64,000 nt of DNA from positions 3,209 to 67,208 of the forward strand of contig MGHI01000040.1 of assembly GCA_001793155.1 (NCBI GenBank), given 5' to 3'. This DNA is from Candidatus Woesebacteria bacterium RIFCSPLOWO2_01_FULL_39_61. GTDB lineage: Bacteria > Patescibacteriota > Microgenomatia > UBA8517. Below, piece by piece: positions 1 through 9,924 of this stretch; the stretch's first letter is position 1, and the number at the start of each line of letters is the position of its first letter. The notes beneath the pieces are model-generated. The model was given only the letters and a program-made list of their open reading frames with translations, was not told the origin of the DNA and ran no database searches. The position numbers were made by a program, and so were the translations under genes.

Positions 1-146
1 GCCAAAATCCCTTGAGCGAAACGAACAACCGCACGATTGACACATATATGTAAATATCATATATTAGTTTCTAAAATATCGCAACTGAGTAAAAATAGAT
101 CATTTAGCCTACGTCGAAGCGGGGATTGCATCCAGTAGTCCACCTT

Positions 147-1922
147 TCAAGGCGAGGAGGATGTCATTAACTTCTGTCTTGTTATCTCTGTTGTATCAAC
201 TAGGGCGTCACCTTCAAGATCGAAAGAATAAATATTATCAAGCACAACCACTTCTACTTTACTTGTATAATTTTTTGTTGCCTCACCATCTGTATAGGCT
301 GAAACAACCTCTTGCCAATCCGGGGTATAAACAAGGCTCCATGGATAATCGATACCATACTGAAAATAAACTATAACCGGAAATCCAAACATCAAAGAGT
401 GGTGTAGTATCTCAGAATTTGAAGGTTGAAAGTAAAATAAAATTGGCGTGTTCCCGTGCTTGTCGAAAACATCAGGTATTGAGTTTCTAATATTCTCGGT
501 TAAGCGCACTCCCCTAACATCCGAAAGGTGGTTCAAGTATTTAAAGCTTCCCAGTGCATGAATTAATATTGCGAGAATAAAAAAAAGGTATAGGGGAAAT
601 TTGTTCTTAGCATTTGCCACAAAAGCGCTGAGAAGTAAAGTTATTCCAACGGAGGACACTATTAGATATCTTTCTTGTGTGGCCGTTATCACAGAGGGAT
701 TCCTCAGCCAGAAAATAAAGTACCCAAAACCTATAATCGAAAGTATAACTATTGATCTAAAAAAAGAGCTTTTGTTCTTTAAAGTACTTAATAGGACAAC
801 CATTATAAGAATCAGCAAATAACCGCCTGCAAAGAAAGATAATAATTCCGATGTTGTAATAGGGTTTATTTGAAAGTAGGTAAAATAAACACCAGTTGCC
901 AATGTCCAGGCAAAACCGATCCAATATGCCAGATTGAAATATTTTTGCTTTAAATTCGAATATCCGGCTTTAAATAACCGTAAGATGAATCCCAAAATAA
1001 AAATAGCGGGTGTGACTACAAATAATAATGTTTTAATAATGCTTAAAGACTCCCACGACCTTAATACTAATCTGTTAGGGAAAACCATTTGTCCCAGTTG
1101 AGCTATCGGAAACAAAAAGAATTTAAACTCGTATTTTCCGTTTTCGGGTTTGAAGTCCGAAAAATATTTAAAAATACTGTTTATAAAACCGCCGCTTAAT
1201 CTGTTTTCAGTACTGCCAATACCGATTGATCCGCCAATTTTCCCAAAAAGGAAAATCGACAGTACAATTAATATGTATATGGAAATCCGGATAAAAGAGT
1301 ATTTAGTTTCAACCTTCTTAAACCTAAAAAGAAGATAAAGTACTTCAATAAATATTCCTAAAAGAGGTAAAAATGCCATTCTGATAGGCTGAACCACTAT
1401 AGTCAGACCAAAAAGTATTACTGATATAAAAATTAGTTTTAAGGAATCCTTTTCTTTTGATTTAAAAACGCTCAACAGGTACAGGTTAAATAGCGTAATT
1501 GCTATATATGAAGGCATATTAAAAACCCAACCTGTGGTTTCCAAGCCGGTTGAAGTAACTAAAAAAAAGATTGATGCAAGATAAGCAAGTATCTTATCTT
1601 TGAATAAAAATAATACTAGGGGTAAAAAGGAAAAAGCAGCGATTATTCTCATTATAAAAGAGGCGACAAAATAAGGAGTTGGATTTAATCCGTAAAAGTG
1701 ATAAATAATCGCGAATACACTATCTTGCGGGCCGTAATCTGTGAAGAAATAGTTGAAGTAATTGAACTCCCTACCTTCTCCAACAATGTGTTGGAATCTG
1801 TAAAGTGTAAGCAGCGAATCCCCGTCAAAATGAATATTAAAGCTGGGATAAAAAATAATTAATCCAAAGAATATTATTAATAGAGTTACTATTAATTGTT
1901 TATTACTTCTAACAAGTTCCAT
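147..1922 (-). CDS. Multi-pass membrane protein, GT-C/PMT-like glycosyltransferase candidate
   Basis: 591-aa ORF with many hydrophobic segments, an N-terminal 'FDGDS' acidic loop, an 'ERY' motif and a C-terminal soluble domain. Confidence 0.55.
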   Translation of the reverse strand: MELVRSNKQLIVTLLIIFFGLIIFYPSFNIHFDGDSLLTLYRFQHIVGEGREFNYFNYFFTDYGPQDSVFAIIYHFYGLNPTPYFVASFIMRIIAAFSFLPLVLFLFKDKILAYLASIFFLVTSTGLETTGWVFNMPSYIAITLFNLYLLSVFKSKEKDSLKLIFISVILFGLTIVVQPIRMAFLPLLGIFIEVLYLLFRFKKVETKYSFIRISIYILIVLSIFLFGKIGGSIGIGSTENRLSGGFINSIFKYFSDFKPENGKYEFKFFLFPIAQLGQMVFPNRLVLRSWESLSIIKTLLFVVTPAIFILGFILRLFKAGYSNLKQKYFNLAYWIGFAWTLATGVYFTYFQINPITTSELLSFFAGGYLLILIMVVLLSTLKNKSSFFRSIVILSIIGFGYFIFWLRNPSVITATQERYLIVSSVGITLLLSAFVANAKNKFPLYLFFILAILIHALGSFKYLNHLSDVRGVRLTENIRNSIPDVFDKHGNTPILFYFQPSNSEILHHSLMFGFPVIVYFQYGIDYPWSLVYTPDWQEVVSAYTDGEATKNYTSKVEVVVLDNIYSFDLEGDALVDTTEITRQKLMTSSSP

Positions 1923-2083
1923 TATGTGTTAACTTCGCAACTCTGAGACAGTTTAAGTGAAAAAGTCCATATATTCAATTCATTTTTCATATACACGAAA
2001 ATGGTAAAATGGTGAACGCCGTTGGTAAAAAAATATTATAGCGAATCGAAGATTCGATTTATAAATTTTGTTAAAAAATTGCT

Positions 2084-2653
2084 ATGAAAACAGTCAAGGA
2101 GCAAGGAAGTGTGCCGAAAATCCGTTTTGAAGCAAAACCATATAAAATAAGTTCTTGGACAGTTCTTAGATTACCCAAAGAAGAAAGCGCAAAGCTTCCG
2201 TCCCGTGCCCTGACAATGGTTAAGGGAACTATTAACGGCTTTCGTTTTCAAGCTCCCTTGGAACCGGACGGCACGGGAAGCCACTGGTTTAGAGTCGATG
2301 AAACACTGCAGAAGAAAGCTCATGTAAAGGCGGAAGACAATGTAAAACTTGAAATTGAACCTTCTCGCGAATGGATAGAGCCGGAAGTTCCCGAGGATTT
2401 GAAGAAGGCTCTTTCAACTTCCAAAAAAGCAGAAGGTCTATGGACGGATATTACGCCAAATGCGCGTTGGGATTGGATCCGCTGGATACGCGCTGTCAAA
2501 ACTCCGGAAACTCGCCACAAGCATATTGAAGTGGCTCTTGCAAAACTCAACAAAGGAACAAGAAGGCCGTGCTGTTTTAACCGTAATCTGTGCAGTGAGC
2601 CATATGTCTCACATAACTGGGCGCTCCTTGCGCCGATGCAGGCGATAAAATAA
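2084..2653 (+). CDS. DUF1905 + YdeI/OmpD-associated domain protein
   Basis: 'VKGTINGFRFQAPLEPDGTGSHW' and 'VPEDLKKAL...WIRWIRAVKTPETR' motifs. Confidence 0.8.
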   Translation: MKTVKEQGSVPKIRFEAKPYKISSWTVLRLPKEESAKLPSRALTMVKGTINGFRFQAPLEPDGTGSHWFRVDETLQKKAHVKAEDNVKLEIEPSREWIEPEVPEDLKKALSTSKKAEGLWTDITPNARWDWIRWIRAVKTPETRHKHIEVALAKLNKGTRRPCCFNRNLCSEPYVSHNWALLAPMQAIK

Positions 2654-2792
2654 ATTACGGCTATCTTACTTTTTCCTGTTCCTGAACACGTCAGTCAGGG
2701 GATGCTTGAGGAGTTTTAATATAACCAATACCCCCCATGAGTTGAAAGTCGGGTAATTTTTTTGTAATAATTAACGTTCAAGCATAAAACTT

Positions 2793-2942
2793 ATGGCAAA
2801 ATATCTTATTGAGTCGCCCCATACCAATAAAGGTTGTTTAGAGGCACTGGATGATATGCTTGTGAATGATCCGAAACTCCTGATATTAAGGTTAAATGGG
2901 ATCCTAAAAAGTTTCCTAAAGATGAGCAGTCTACTATTGTAA
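2793..2942 (+). pseudogene. Truncated N-terminal fragment of a small hypothetical protein (MAKYLIESPHT...CLEALD)
   Basis: ATG at 2793; protein-like for ~30 codons, then runs out of frame over the next gene fragment. Confidence 0.35.
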
Positions 2943-3277
2943 TTCATCTGGAAATACCAGAGGGAATTCATATTCAGGCGCACAAGCCGGGAGAAGATCT
3001 TATTATACCAACCAATGTTTCACTCAAAGAGACAGAAGATATATCTTTTGGGCAACCAGTTTACCCCGAGCCAAAAAGGCTGCCGGTTTTGTGGTCACGG
3101 GCGACTCTTCTGGTCTATGAAGGATCGGTTGACATCCATTATCCGACTCAGGTAGCAAAAGATGCTAAAGTCGGAAAGCATACAATAGAAGGAAATCTCT
3201 CGTTTCAGGGCTGCACTGATCAACTCTGCCTAACACCCAGAGAACAAAGCTTCGTCTTGATAATGGAGATAAAGTGA
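2870..3277 (+). pseudogene. 5'-truncated DsbD N-terminal (thiol:disulfide interchange) domain
   Basis: Frame is open from 2870 with no start codon: '...IHLEIPEGIHIQAHKP...PVYPEPK...VYEG...LSFQGCTDQLCLTP'. Confidence 0.6.
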
Positions 3278-3438
3278 GAAACATAATTAATTTTTCGGGT
3301 GAAAACTTAAAATCCAAAACAGAAGAATTGTTTGAGTTTTAAACCACCGATGCAATTCAGTATTAAGAGAAGAGAAAACAGGTTCCGGCTTTGTCCATTT
3401 CTTGTTGATTTTAATTAGGACTCGCTCCCAAATGATAC

Positions 3439-3467
3439 TTGACAACTATTACAACTAGTTGTAGTAT
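3439..3467 (+). promoter_or_regulatory. Sigma70-type promoter with an overlapping perfect palindrome (candidate operator)
   Basis: TTGACA at 3439, 17-nt spacer, TAGTAT; palindrome TACAACTAGTTGTA at 3450-3463. Confidence 0.55.
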
Positions 3468-3474
3468 ATGAAGT

Positions 3475-3690
3475 ATGATAACTAATAACCATGACTTGAC
3501 TCTAGCTAACGCTAAAAACAAACAAAGAATAACGCTTTTCGTTAATCCTTCAATTTTGAAACAAGCTAGAGCCCAAGCGGTTGTTGAAGATTTAAGTTTA
3601 ACTTCCCTAGTAGAAAGAGCTTTAACTAAATACTTACCCAAAGAAACAATAATTAAGAAAGCTATAATTAGAGTGGCTCCTGATCCTTAA
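3475..3690 (+). CDS. Small ribbon-helix-helix-like DNA-binding protein
   Basis: 'KQRITLFVNPSILKQARAQAVVEDLSLTSLVERAL' strand-helix-helix pattern. Confidence 0.6.
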   Translation: MITNNHDLTLANAKNKQRITLFVNPSILKQARAQAVVEDLSLTSLVERALTKYLPKETIIKKAIIRVAPDP

Positions 3691-3763
3691 ACTCAAATTA
3701 ACAAAGCCGGCGGATAAAGAAAAAATTTTAAGAATCGTAAAATACTAAAGGAGGTGATAAATT

Positions 3764-4162
3764 ATGGCAGAAATTGTAAAAGAAACCGTGACCACTCAAA
3801 ATGAAGGTCCAAAAGCAGCAGTAACTACTGAAGTCAAACGGGTAGCAACCGGTACACAACAAGTTGAATATATAATTTATTTCCTTTTTGGAGTACTGGA
3901 AATACTCCTTGTTTTCAGACTTATTCTCAAGTTGCTGGGGGCAAATGTCTCAAGCGCTTTTGTGCGTTTAATTTACAGCCTTACCGGAATTTTCATCTTA
4001 CCATTCGAAGGAATCTTTCGTAGAGGATTTACCCAAGGAATAGAAACAGCGTCAGTTTTTGAGCCGTCAACATTAGTCGCAATTATTGTTTACGCTGTTT
4101 TGGCTTGGGGAGTTGTAAAGTTGGTACGAGTACTTTCCGGCGAACGACAACAAACAGAATAG
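3764..4162 (+). CDS. YggT-like membrane protein
   Basis: 'LLVFRLILKLLGAN..SAFV..IY.LT.....PF.GIF'; strong SD AAGGAGGTGA upstream. Confidence 0.7.
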   Translation: MAEIVKETVTTQNEGPKAAVTTEVKRVATGTQQVEYIIYFLFGVLEILLVFRLILKLLGANVSSAFVRLIYSLTGIFILPFEGIFRRGFTQGIETASVFEPSTLVAIIVYAVLAWGVVKLVRVLSGERQQTE

Positions 4163-4213
4163 TCTGTTTGACGTGTTTAGCCTGAGGATCTATAGAGAGA
4201 GGGTGAATAAAAT

Positions 4214-4462
4214 ACGGGTATTATACTTTGGATTATTTTTGGAGCAATTGCGGGTTGGATCGCTTCTGTAGTTATGAAAACTGATTCCAGTCAAGGCACC
4301 ATGATGGATATCGTATTGGGCATAATCGGTGCGGTTGTTGGCGGTTTTCTTATGGGCTTAGTTGGTCAATCCGGCGTGAACGGATTTACACTCTACAGCT
4401 TGGGGGTAGCAGTCATTGGAGCAATCGTTGTGATTTATATCGGACGCATGCTAAAAAGGTAG
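4214..4462 (+). CDS. GlsB/YeaQ/YmgE (transglycosylase-associated) membrane protein, with ACG at the start position
   Basis: Frame reads (ACG)GIILWIIFGAIAGWIASVVMKTD...DIVLGIIGAVVGG; SD GAGGGTGA upstream. Confidence 0.75.
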   Translation, partial: TGIILWIIFGAIAGWIASVVMKTDSSQGTMMDIVLGIIGAVVGGFLMGLVGQSGVNGFTLYSLGVAVIGAIVVIYIGRMLKR

Positions 4463-4518
4463 ATGAAACCTGCTAGTATAGAATTTTTTTGGTTCATTTT
4501 TAAGGGGGTGGTAACTGT

Positions 4519-4662
4519 ATGAATATATCTATGACAAATTTAGGTCCTTTGGCATCGCTTTTGTTCGGTATATTAATTCTTATATTTCCGAAGTTTCTTA
4601 ACTATCTGATAGCCGTTTACCTTATTGTTATTGGAATTATCGGGCTTGGTTTAATAAATTGA
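4519..4662 (+). CDS. DUF3096-like small membrane protein (not in the ORF track)
   Basis: MNISMTNLGPLASLLFGILILIFPKFLNYLIAVYLIVIGIIGLGLIN; SD AGGGGGTGG. Confidence 0.75.
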   Translation: MNISMTNLGPLASLLFGILILIFPKFLNYLIAVYLIVIGIIGLGLIN

Positions 4663-4692
4663 TAGTTGGGAAAACTAAATATATATACAAAA

Positions 4693-5265
4693 ATGAAAAA
4701 CCAAAGCGGAGGCGTTGATGTCGGGTCAGAAAAGCTTTATACACAGGACGAAGTTAATAATTTACGTAAGGATTGGAAAGAAAGTCATTCCTCTCAGGCA
4801 AGAGAAATAGAAAAAGAAACTCAAACCGCGGATAAACAAAAAAGACTGAATAACAGAAAGGTTGCAAAATTGGTTAAAAAATCAAATAGAATACTAGTAA
4901 GTATATCCTCACACAAACTTCCTTTTGATTTATTTCCGGACACCATTAACATCGAAGAGGGTAGGATTACGATAATAACCCGCCAATTACTTTCTTCCGA
5001 AGTGCACAGTGTTGATATAAAAGATATTTCCAATATATTTATTAATACATCCTTCTTCTTTTCACAGCTGATCATTATCTCTAAAACTTTTGAAGAAAAT
5101 GAAATAAGAATAAGAAATTTAAGAACCAAAGAAGCAATATTTGTTCGAAGAATCATCGAGGGGTTAAGGATATTCGAAAACAAACAGATAGATACTTCTG
5201 GCTACACAAAGGGAAAGCTTGTCGCTAAGCTCAAAGAATTAAGTACGACAGAAATAGTGACGTAA
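4693..5265 (+). CDS. Bacterial PH-domain-like protein
   Basis: 'FPDTINIEEGRITIITRQLLSSEVHSVDIKDISNI' pattern. Confidence 0.5.
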   Translation: MKNQSGGVDVGSEKLYTQDEVNNLRKDWKESHSSQAREIEKETQTADKQKRLNNRKVAKLVKKSNRILVSISSHKLPFDLFPDTINIEEGRITIITRQLLSSEVHSVDIKDISNIFINTSFFFSQLIIISKTFEENEIRIRNLRTKEAIFVRRIIEGLRIFENKQIDTSGYTKGKLVAKLKELSTTEIVT

Positions 5266-5306
5266 AGAAACGAAAAGGTAGACAAGTAAAATTCAGAAAA
5301 TGGAGG

Positions 5307-5908
5307 TTAATGATGATGAGCCCTTTCCGATGCTTCCAAGTCTTTTATGGCCTTCTCAACTGTATGAATAAACCGAACATAAGCTTCGATATACTTACGA
5401 CCTGAAACCAGATCATTAACTTCATATTTTGCTCTTTCTTTTAGGTGGTGAAATAAATGTCTGCTGATTTCTTTTGATTTATCCGAAGAAATCTTGGCCA
5501 ACACTTTATCCAGTTTCCCTGATTCTATCGCTTTATCTGCTAGGGCAATTTCGGGTTCGATCGAGCCTGCCGGTTTTATTCCCTCATAGGCGACTCCTTC
5601 CCCTTCCCTGTGAATCCTCACCAAAAGTTCAAAAAATTCCATTTCGGCTTTTTCTTTTTCTTCCTTTGTCTTTGCCAGTCTTTTTTTACCTTTTACCCGT
5701 TTGAAGGCCTTTTTTAACTCGTCCTCATTTTCCGGCTTAACCCAAATAAGTACATAGCTGATATTATCCCTGTCCAAAGACTTACGCGCGGCACTAACAA
5801 CGGGACCATCCAGGGTATCGCAGTGAGCTGATGTGTGGGAAGGAAAGATTAAAAAAGCCAGCACTAAAGAAAAATTACACCAAGAAAAGTATAAATCGGT
5901 GTCTTCAC
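5307..5908 (-). CDS. DUF6448-like secreted protein (HCDTLDGPVV); signal peptide frameshifted at A5 run 5870-5874
   Basis: 'AHCDTLDGPVV...VLIWV...FFELLVRIHREGEG..YEGIKPAG'; upstream GTG-KTPIYTFLGVIF lies in an adjacent frame. Confidence 0.7.
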
Positions 5909-6004
5909 TTTTTTAATTATACCGTGTTTGTTAAGTAGTAAGCTCTGACAAAAAACACAACCCCAAAACTTCTGATAAACTAAAGTAAGGAGGGGGTGAT
6001 AATA

Positions 6005-6181
6005 ATGGCAGATATGAATGAAAAATTGAAAGAATGTTTTAAGCCGCACGTTATGATGCATAGCTTATTCGGTTTGGGTCTCGGATTTATACTGGTATCG
6101 CTTATCCCGGGACTTGGAAATTTTTGGCTGGGATTGGTTGTCGCAGGAGTGGCAGTTGCCCTCGATTACACTCGAAAATGA
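6005..6181 (+). CDS. Small two-TM membrane protein
   Basis: SD AAGGAGGGGGTGA; hydrophobic 58-aa ORF. Confidence 0.6.
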   Translation: MADMNEKLKECFKPHVMMHSLFGLGLGFILVSLIPGLGNFWLGLVVAGVAVALDYTRK

Positions 6182-6382
6182 ATAGTACTGCAGTTGAGGT
6201 TTTAAACTAGGTCAATCCGATGGTTTATAGAAAATTTCAAGAAAACCCCGATCTAAACGGGCATGAATTGAACTTTTATATGTCATCCTCTTTTAAGGAA
6301 ATCTACTTTCCAATTCGGGAGGATATCATTGGCTTTTGGCTTCAAATTTGATATTATAGGTTACTATTAATACAGGCAGAGT

Positions 6383-6507
6383 GAAGCCTCCCCAAGCATC
6401 GAAGCTCGGGCTATCTTTTTAAGATACCGCCTTCGGCGGAAGGCGCCTAGCCTAGGTTCATTCATCCCCGAGTCTGGAGACTCGGGGAATTCTGAATTTA
6501 GTCTTAA
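6383..6507. mobile_element. Palindromic IS200/IS605-like MITE remnant (variant family)
   Basis: Hairpins including ATTCATCCCCGAGTCTGGAGACTCGGGGAATTCTGAAT resemble the 105-bp element's right end; flanked by inverted AATACAGGC/GCCTGTATT. Confidence 0.45.
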
Positions 6508-6539
6508 ACGCCTGTATTTTTTTAGGTTCAATTTTAAAT

Positions 6540-7706
6540 ATGGAGCCAAAACTATTACATCCAATCAGCTTTAATCCGCGAATCCCCTACCCGGTTACTA
6601 TTCTATTGGCAGGCTTTGCTACCTTCATAATTTCCTTTATCTATTTTTTAAATTTGGACAGCGACTTTGTCTATAAAATTCAAAGACAAGCGGTTGTTCA
6701 AAAAATTGAAAATTACGAATATTCACTTCGGGAAAAAGCCGCAACACAAGCTGTCCATACCGAAGCCGTATCTTACCAACTTCCGTCTGACTTTGCGGTT
6801 TTGCCCTCAGCAAAGTGGGTACCGCAGACGTTTAATAACTGCGGTCCCGCAACTACTTCCATGGTTTTACAGTATTTCGGATACAGCGTTAGCCAGGAAG
6901 ATACAAAATCTGCTTTGAGAACAAATCCTGACGACAAAAACGTTTTTACTTTCGAAATTTCAGATTACTTAAGAAAAAATTACAATATAGAATCCAAACT
7001 TTTATATAACGGAAGTGCTCAAACTCTAAAAACCTTAATCGCAAACGGAATCTATGTCATGGTTGAGGATTGGCTTCATCCGAATGAGGATATCGGACAC
7101 GTAACGATTCTCAGAGGGTTCGACGATAAAAGGGGGATGTTTATCGCAGACGACTCCTACCTGGGTACAAATATTAAATATCCTTATGAAGAATTCGATA
7201 AGACGCAGTGGAAACCTTTTAACCGGGAATATTTACCTGTCTATAAACCTGAACAAAAAGCTCTCGTTGAAACCATAGTCGGAAATGACTGGGATGAAAA
7301 AACTATGTTTGAGAATGCAGTTGAGAAGAATTTAGCGGACACAAAAAAAGATTCCGAGGACATGTATGCCTGGTTTAATGTAGGAACCAGTTATTTTGCA
7401 CTCGGAAAATTCCAGGAAGCAAAAAGTGCATTCGAAAAATCAAAAGAAATCGGCTGGCCGAAAAGAATGCTTTGGTATCAAATTCAACCTGTAGAAACTT
7501 ATATTGCTTTAAGCGAGTCTGATAAAGCCATTCAACTGGCCAATGTCGGGTTAATCGGTAACGATAGTTTCTCAGAACTACATCTTGAGAAGGCCAAAGC
7601 CTATAAAGGACTTGGAGACATGGGTAAAGCCCGTGAAGAGACTGAAAAAGCTCTTTATTACCATCCCAATTATCCGGATGCGAAAGAATTTCTAAACAGT
7701 CTTTGA
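6540..7706 (+). CDS. C39-like cysteine peptidase with C-terminal TPR repeats, membrane-anchored
   Basis: 'QTFNNCGPAT', 'GHVTILRGFD', 'DDSY'; TPR 'AWFNVGTSYFALGKFQEAKSAFEK'. Confidence 0.8.
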   Translation: MEPKLLHPISFNPRIPYPVTILLAGFATFIISFIYFLNLDSDFVYKIQRQAVVQKIENYEYSLREKAATQAVHTEAVSYQLPSDFAVLPSAKWVPQTFNNCGPATTSMVLQYFGYSVSQEDTKSALRTNPDDKNVFTFEISDYLRKNYNIESKLLYNGSAQTLKTLIANGIYVMVEDWLHPNEDIGHVTILRGFDDKRGMFIADDSYLGTNIKYPYEEFDKTQWKPFNREYLPVYKPEQKALVETIVGNDWDEKTMFENAVEKNLADTKKDSEDMYAWFNVGTSYFALGKFQEAKSAFEKSKEIGWPKRMLWYQIQPVETYIALSESDKAIQLANVGLIGNDSFSELHLEKAKAYKGLGDMGKAREETEKALYYHPNYPDAKEFLNSL

Positions 7707-7707
7707 T

Positions 7708-7812
7708 GACATCCTCCGCGGCTTTAAGCCCGCGGTTTCCTCTAAAGGAGGATGACATATGAGCGTTCTATTCATCCCCGACAAATGTCGGAGTTTTCTT
7801 GAATGCTCTTAT
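7708..7812. mobile_element. 105-bp palindromic MITE, copy 1 (intergenic)
   Basis: GACATCCTCC...TTCATCCCCGACAAATGTCGGAGTTTTCTTGAATGCTCTTAT; same length and motifs as 27186-27290. Confidence 0.75.
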
Positions 7813-7846
7813 AATTGCCACCGAAGTTGGTTAAAATGGTTCTTCA

Positions 7847-9865
7847 ATGAACCACCTCCAACCAATCTCAGGAACTCCTCTTATCCCCCCTTTTTTCGTA
7901 ACCATCTATTTCGCCATTTTTATCGGTATACTTCTTATTACCTATCTTTTTATTCATCTTAAGGCCCGCGATCTTCATATCAGCCATAAACTCAAGAAGT
8001 TAGCCATCTTTGCAACGGTAATAAAAATTCTTGTTATTATCGGAGTTATCCTTGTTGCGACTTACTGGCTCTATCCGGCACCCGCCCCCAGAAAAGTGAT
8101 GCCTCTCAATAACTCTATTCAGGTTCCCCTTAATAATCCCGTAGAAATAGAGTTCGACCGCCCCGTAAATAGACAAGTGATGGAAAAATCAATCTTTCCA
8201 GATACTCCGGGAGTGTGGGTATTTGAAAAACCACTCTATGCCACTCATTTATACCGCAAACTTACTTTCTACCCCCACCAAAGTTTAGAACCCGGAACTG
8301 TCTATAAAATCACACTTTTCAATGTCCAAAACACCAGTAAAATTTCGGACTCCCGCGCTTACAGTCTTACTTTCACCACCCAAAATACTCCTAACGTAAC
8401 CTCAGTAATCCCAAGATCTGATTCGTCGGATATTCCAGTTACTTCTCAGGTAACCATAAATCTTTCAGAAGGAAATGACAGGGTCAGCGATTTTGAGTTC
8501 TCGCTTAATCCGGAAATTTCGTTCAGAACTCAATTAAGTCAAGACAAACATTCTTATCTTCTAATTCCTTTAGAAAATTTCAGTCAGGGTACTACTTATA
8601 CCCTAACTATCCGTAAAACCGATCTTTTTTGGAATCTTGACGAAGACGAAATAATCCACAGGAGTCCGACTACCGAGGAATATAGCGGTACGTTCACCAC
8701 CAAAGAACCTCCGGGAATCGAAGAATTCGCTCCGCCAGATACAAACGCCCCCGTTGACAGCACAATTAAAATCAGATTTACCCAAGCTATGGATCAAAAT
8801 TCCGTAAAAGAAGGTCTGCAGATTGCGCCCGATCCAGGAGGAAAACTTCTGTGGGAGGACGATAAAACCCTAATTATTAAACCTACTAGACTTGAATATG
8901 AGAAAAAGTACACGGTTTTTCTTGCACAGGGAATAAAAGATAAGGAGGGTGGATATCTCATGGAAAAAGTAACTAAAGCGTTCACAACAATAGGATATGT
9001 AAAACCGACTAATTTTTCTCCGTCATCAGGCTGGGAAGGAGTCGGAATCGGAAATCCGATAAAAGTAACTTTTGACCAGGAAGTAAATAAATCTTCCGCT
9101 CAAGAAAAGTTTTCAATAACTCCATACATTAGCGGCGATTTCAGCTGGGAGGGTAATACCCTGATCTTTCAACCCAAAGATAATCTCCCTTTTTCAACTC
9201 AAGTTACCATTAAAATCGGAGGAGGAATAAAAAGCATATATGGACTCGACTCCATACAAGCATTCACAAGTTCCTTTAAGACTCAAAGCCAGGTTTTTAA
9301 ACTCTCGGTTCCGGCATTTCTTCAAAAGCATCCTCTCTCCTGCGAAGTTTCGGCACTTCGAATGACATTGGCTTATAGAGGTATCCAAAAAACAGAAGAG
9401 GAACTTCTAAGTAAAGTTGGTTTTGATCCCACAGAACATATTGGAAACGTCTGGGGAAATCCCTACGAGCGATTTGTCGGCAATGTTGACGGACGGCAAA
9501 TGACGACTGGTTACGGAGTCTACTGGGGTCCTATTGCGCGGGTTGCCAAAGAGTTTACAAATTCTCAATCTTTCGAGGGCTGGGGAGTCAAAGAAGTAAC
9601 CCAAGCCGTTATCCAGGGCAATCCGGTAATTATTTGGGTATTTAGCCGCGGCGGCGTTCCGACCTCTTGGTATACCCCCGGGGGTCAAAAAATCTATGCC
9701 GTAAGCGGAGAACATTCGGTTGTAGTTGTTGGTTTTGTCGGCCCCGCAGAGGACCCGACTCAAATAATAGTCAACGACCCTCTGGTGGGTCAAATTTACT
9801 GGACACGCTCAGTCTTTGACAAAAAATGGTCCGTCTTCAATAGAAGTGGAGTGGTTATCTATTAA
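7847..9865 (+). CDS. Ig-like (Big_5-type) repeat protein with C-terminal C39-like peptidase
   Basis: Four 'P....I.I.F...V' Ig repeats; 'QKHPLSCEVSAL', 'GEHSVVVVG', 'VNDP'. Confidence 0.8.
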   Translation: MNHLQPISGTPLIPPFFVTIYFAIFIGILLITYLFIHLKARDLHISHKLKKLAIFATVIKILVIIGVILVATYWLYPAPAPRKVMPLNNSIQVPLNNPVEIEFDRPVNRQVMEKSIFPDTPGVWVFEKPLYATHLYRKLTFYPHQSLEPGTVYKITLFNVQNTSKISDSRAYSLTFTTQNTPNVTSVIPRSDSSDIPVTSQVTINLSEGNDRVSDFEFSLNPEISFRTQLSQDKHSYLLIPLENFSQGTTYTLTIRKTDLFWNLDEDEIIHRSPTTEEYSGTFTTKEPPGIEEFAPPDTNAPVDSTIKIRFTQAMDQNSVKEGLQIAPDPGGKLLWEDDKTLIIKPTRLEYEKKYTVFLAQGIKDKEGGYLMEKVTKAFTTIGYVKPTNFSPSSGWEGVGIGNPIKVTFDQEVNKSSAQEKFSITPYISGDFSWEGNTLIFQPKDNLPFSTQVTIKIGGGIKSIYGLDSIQAFTSSFKTQSQVFKLSVPAFLQKHPLSCEVSALRMTLAYRGIQKTEEELLSKVGFDPTEHIGNVWGNPYERFVGNVDGRQMTTGYGVYWGPIARVAKEFTNSQSFEGWGVKEVTQAVIQGNPVIIWVFSRGGVPTSWYTPGGQKIYAVSGEHSVVVVGFVGPAEDPTQIIVNDPLVGQIYWTRSVFDKKWSVFNRSGVVIY

Positions 9866-9924
9866 AATTGACCTACTTTGATCTCTTGACATGAAAAAAT
9901 AGAAATAATTACTATGGTTATAGT

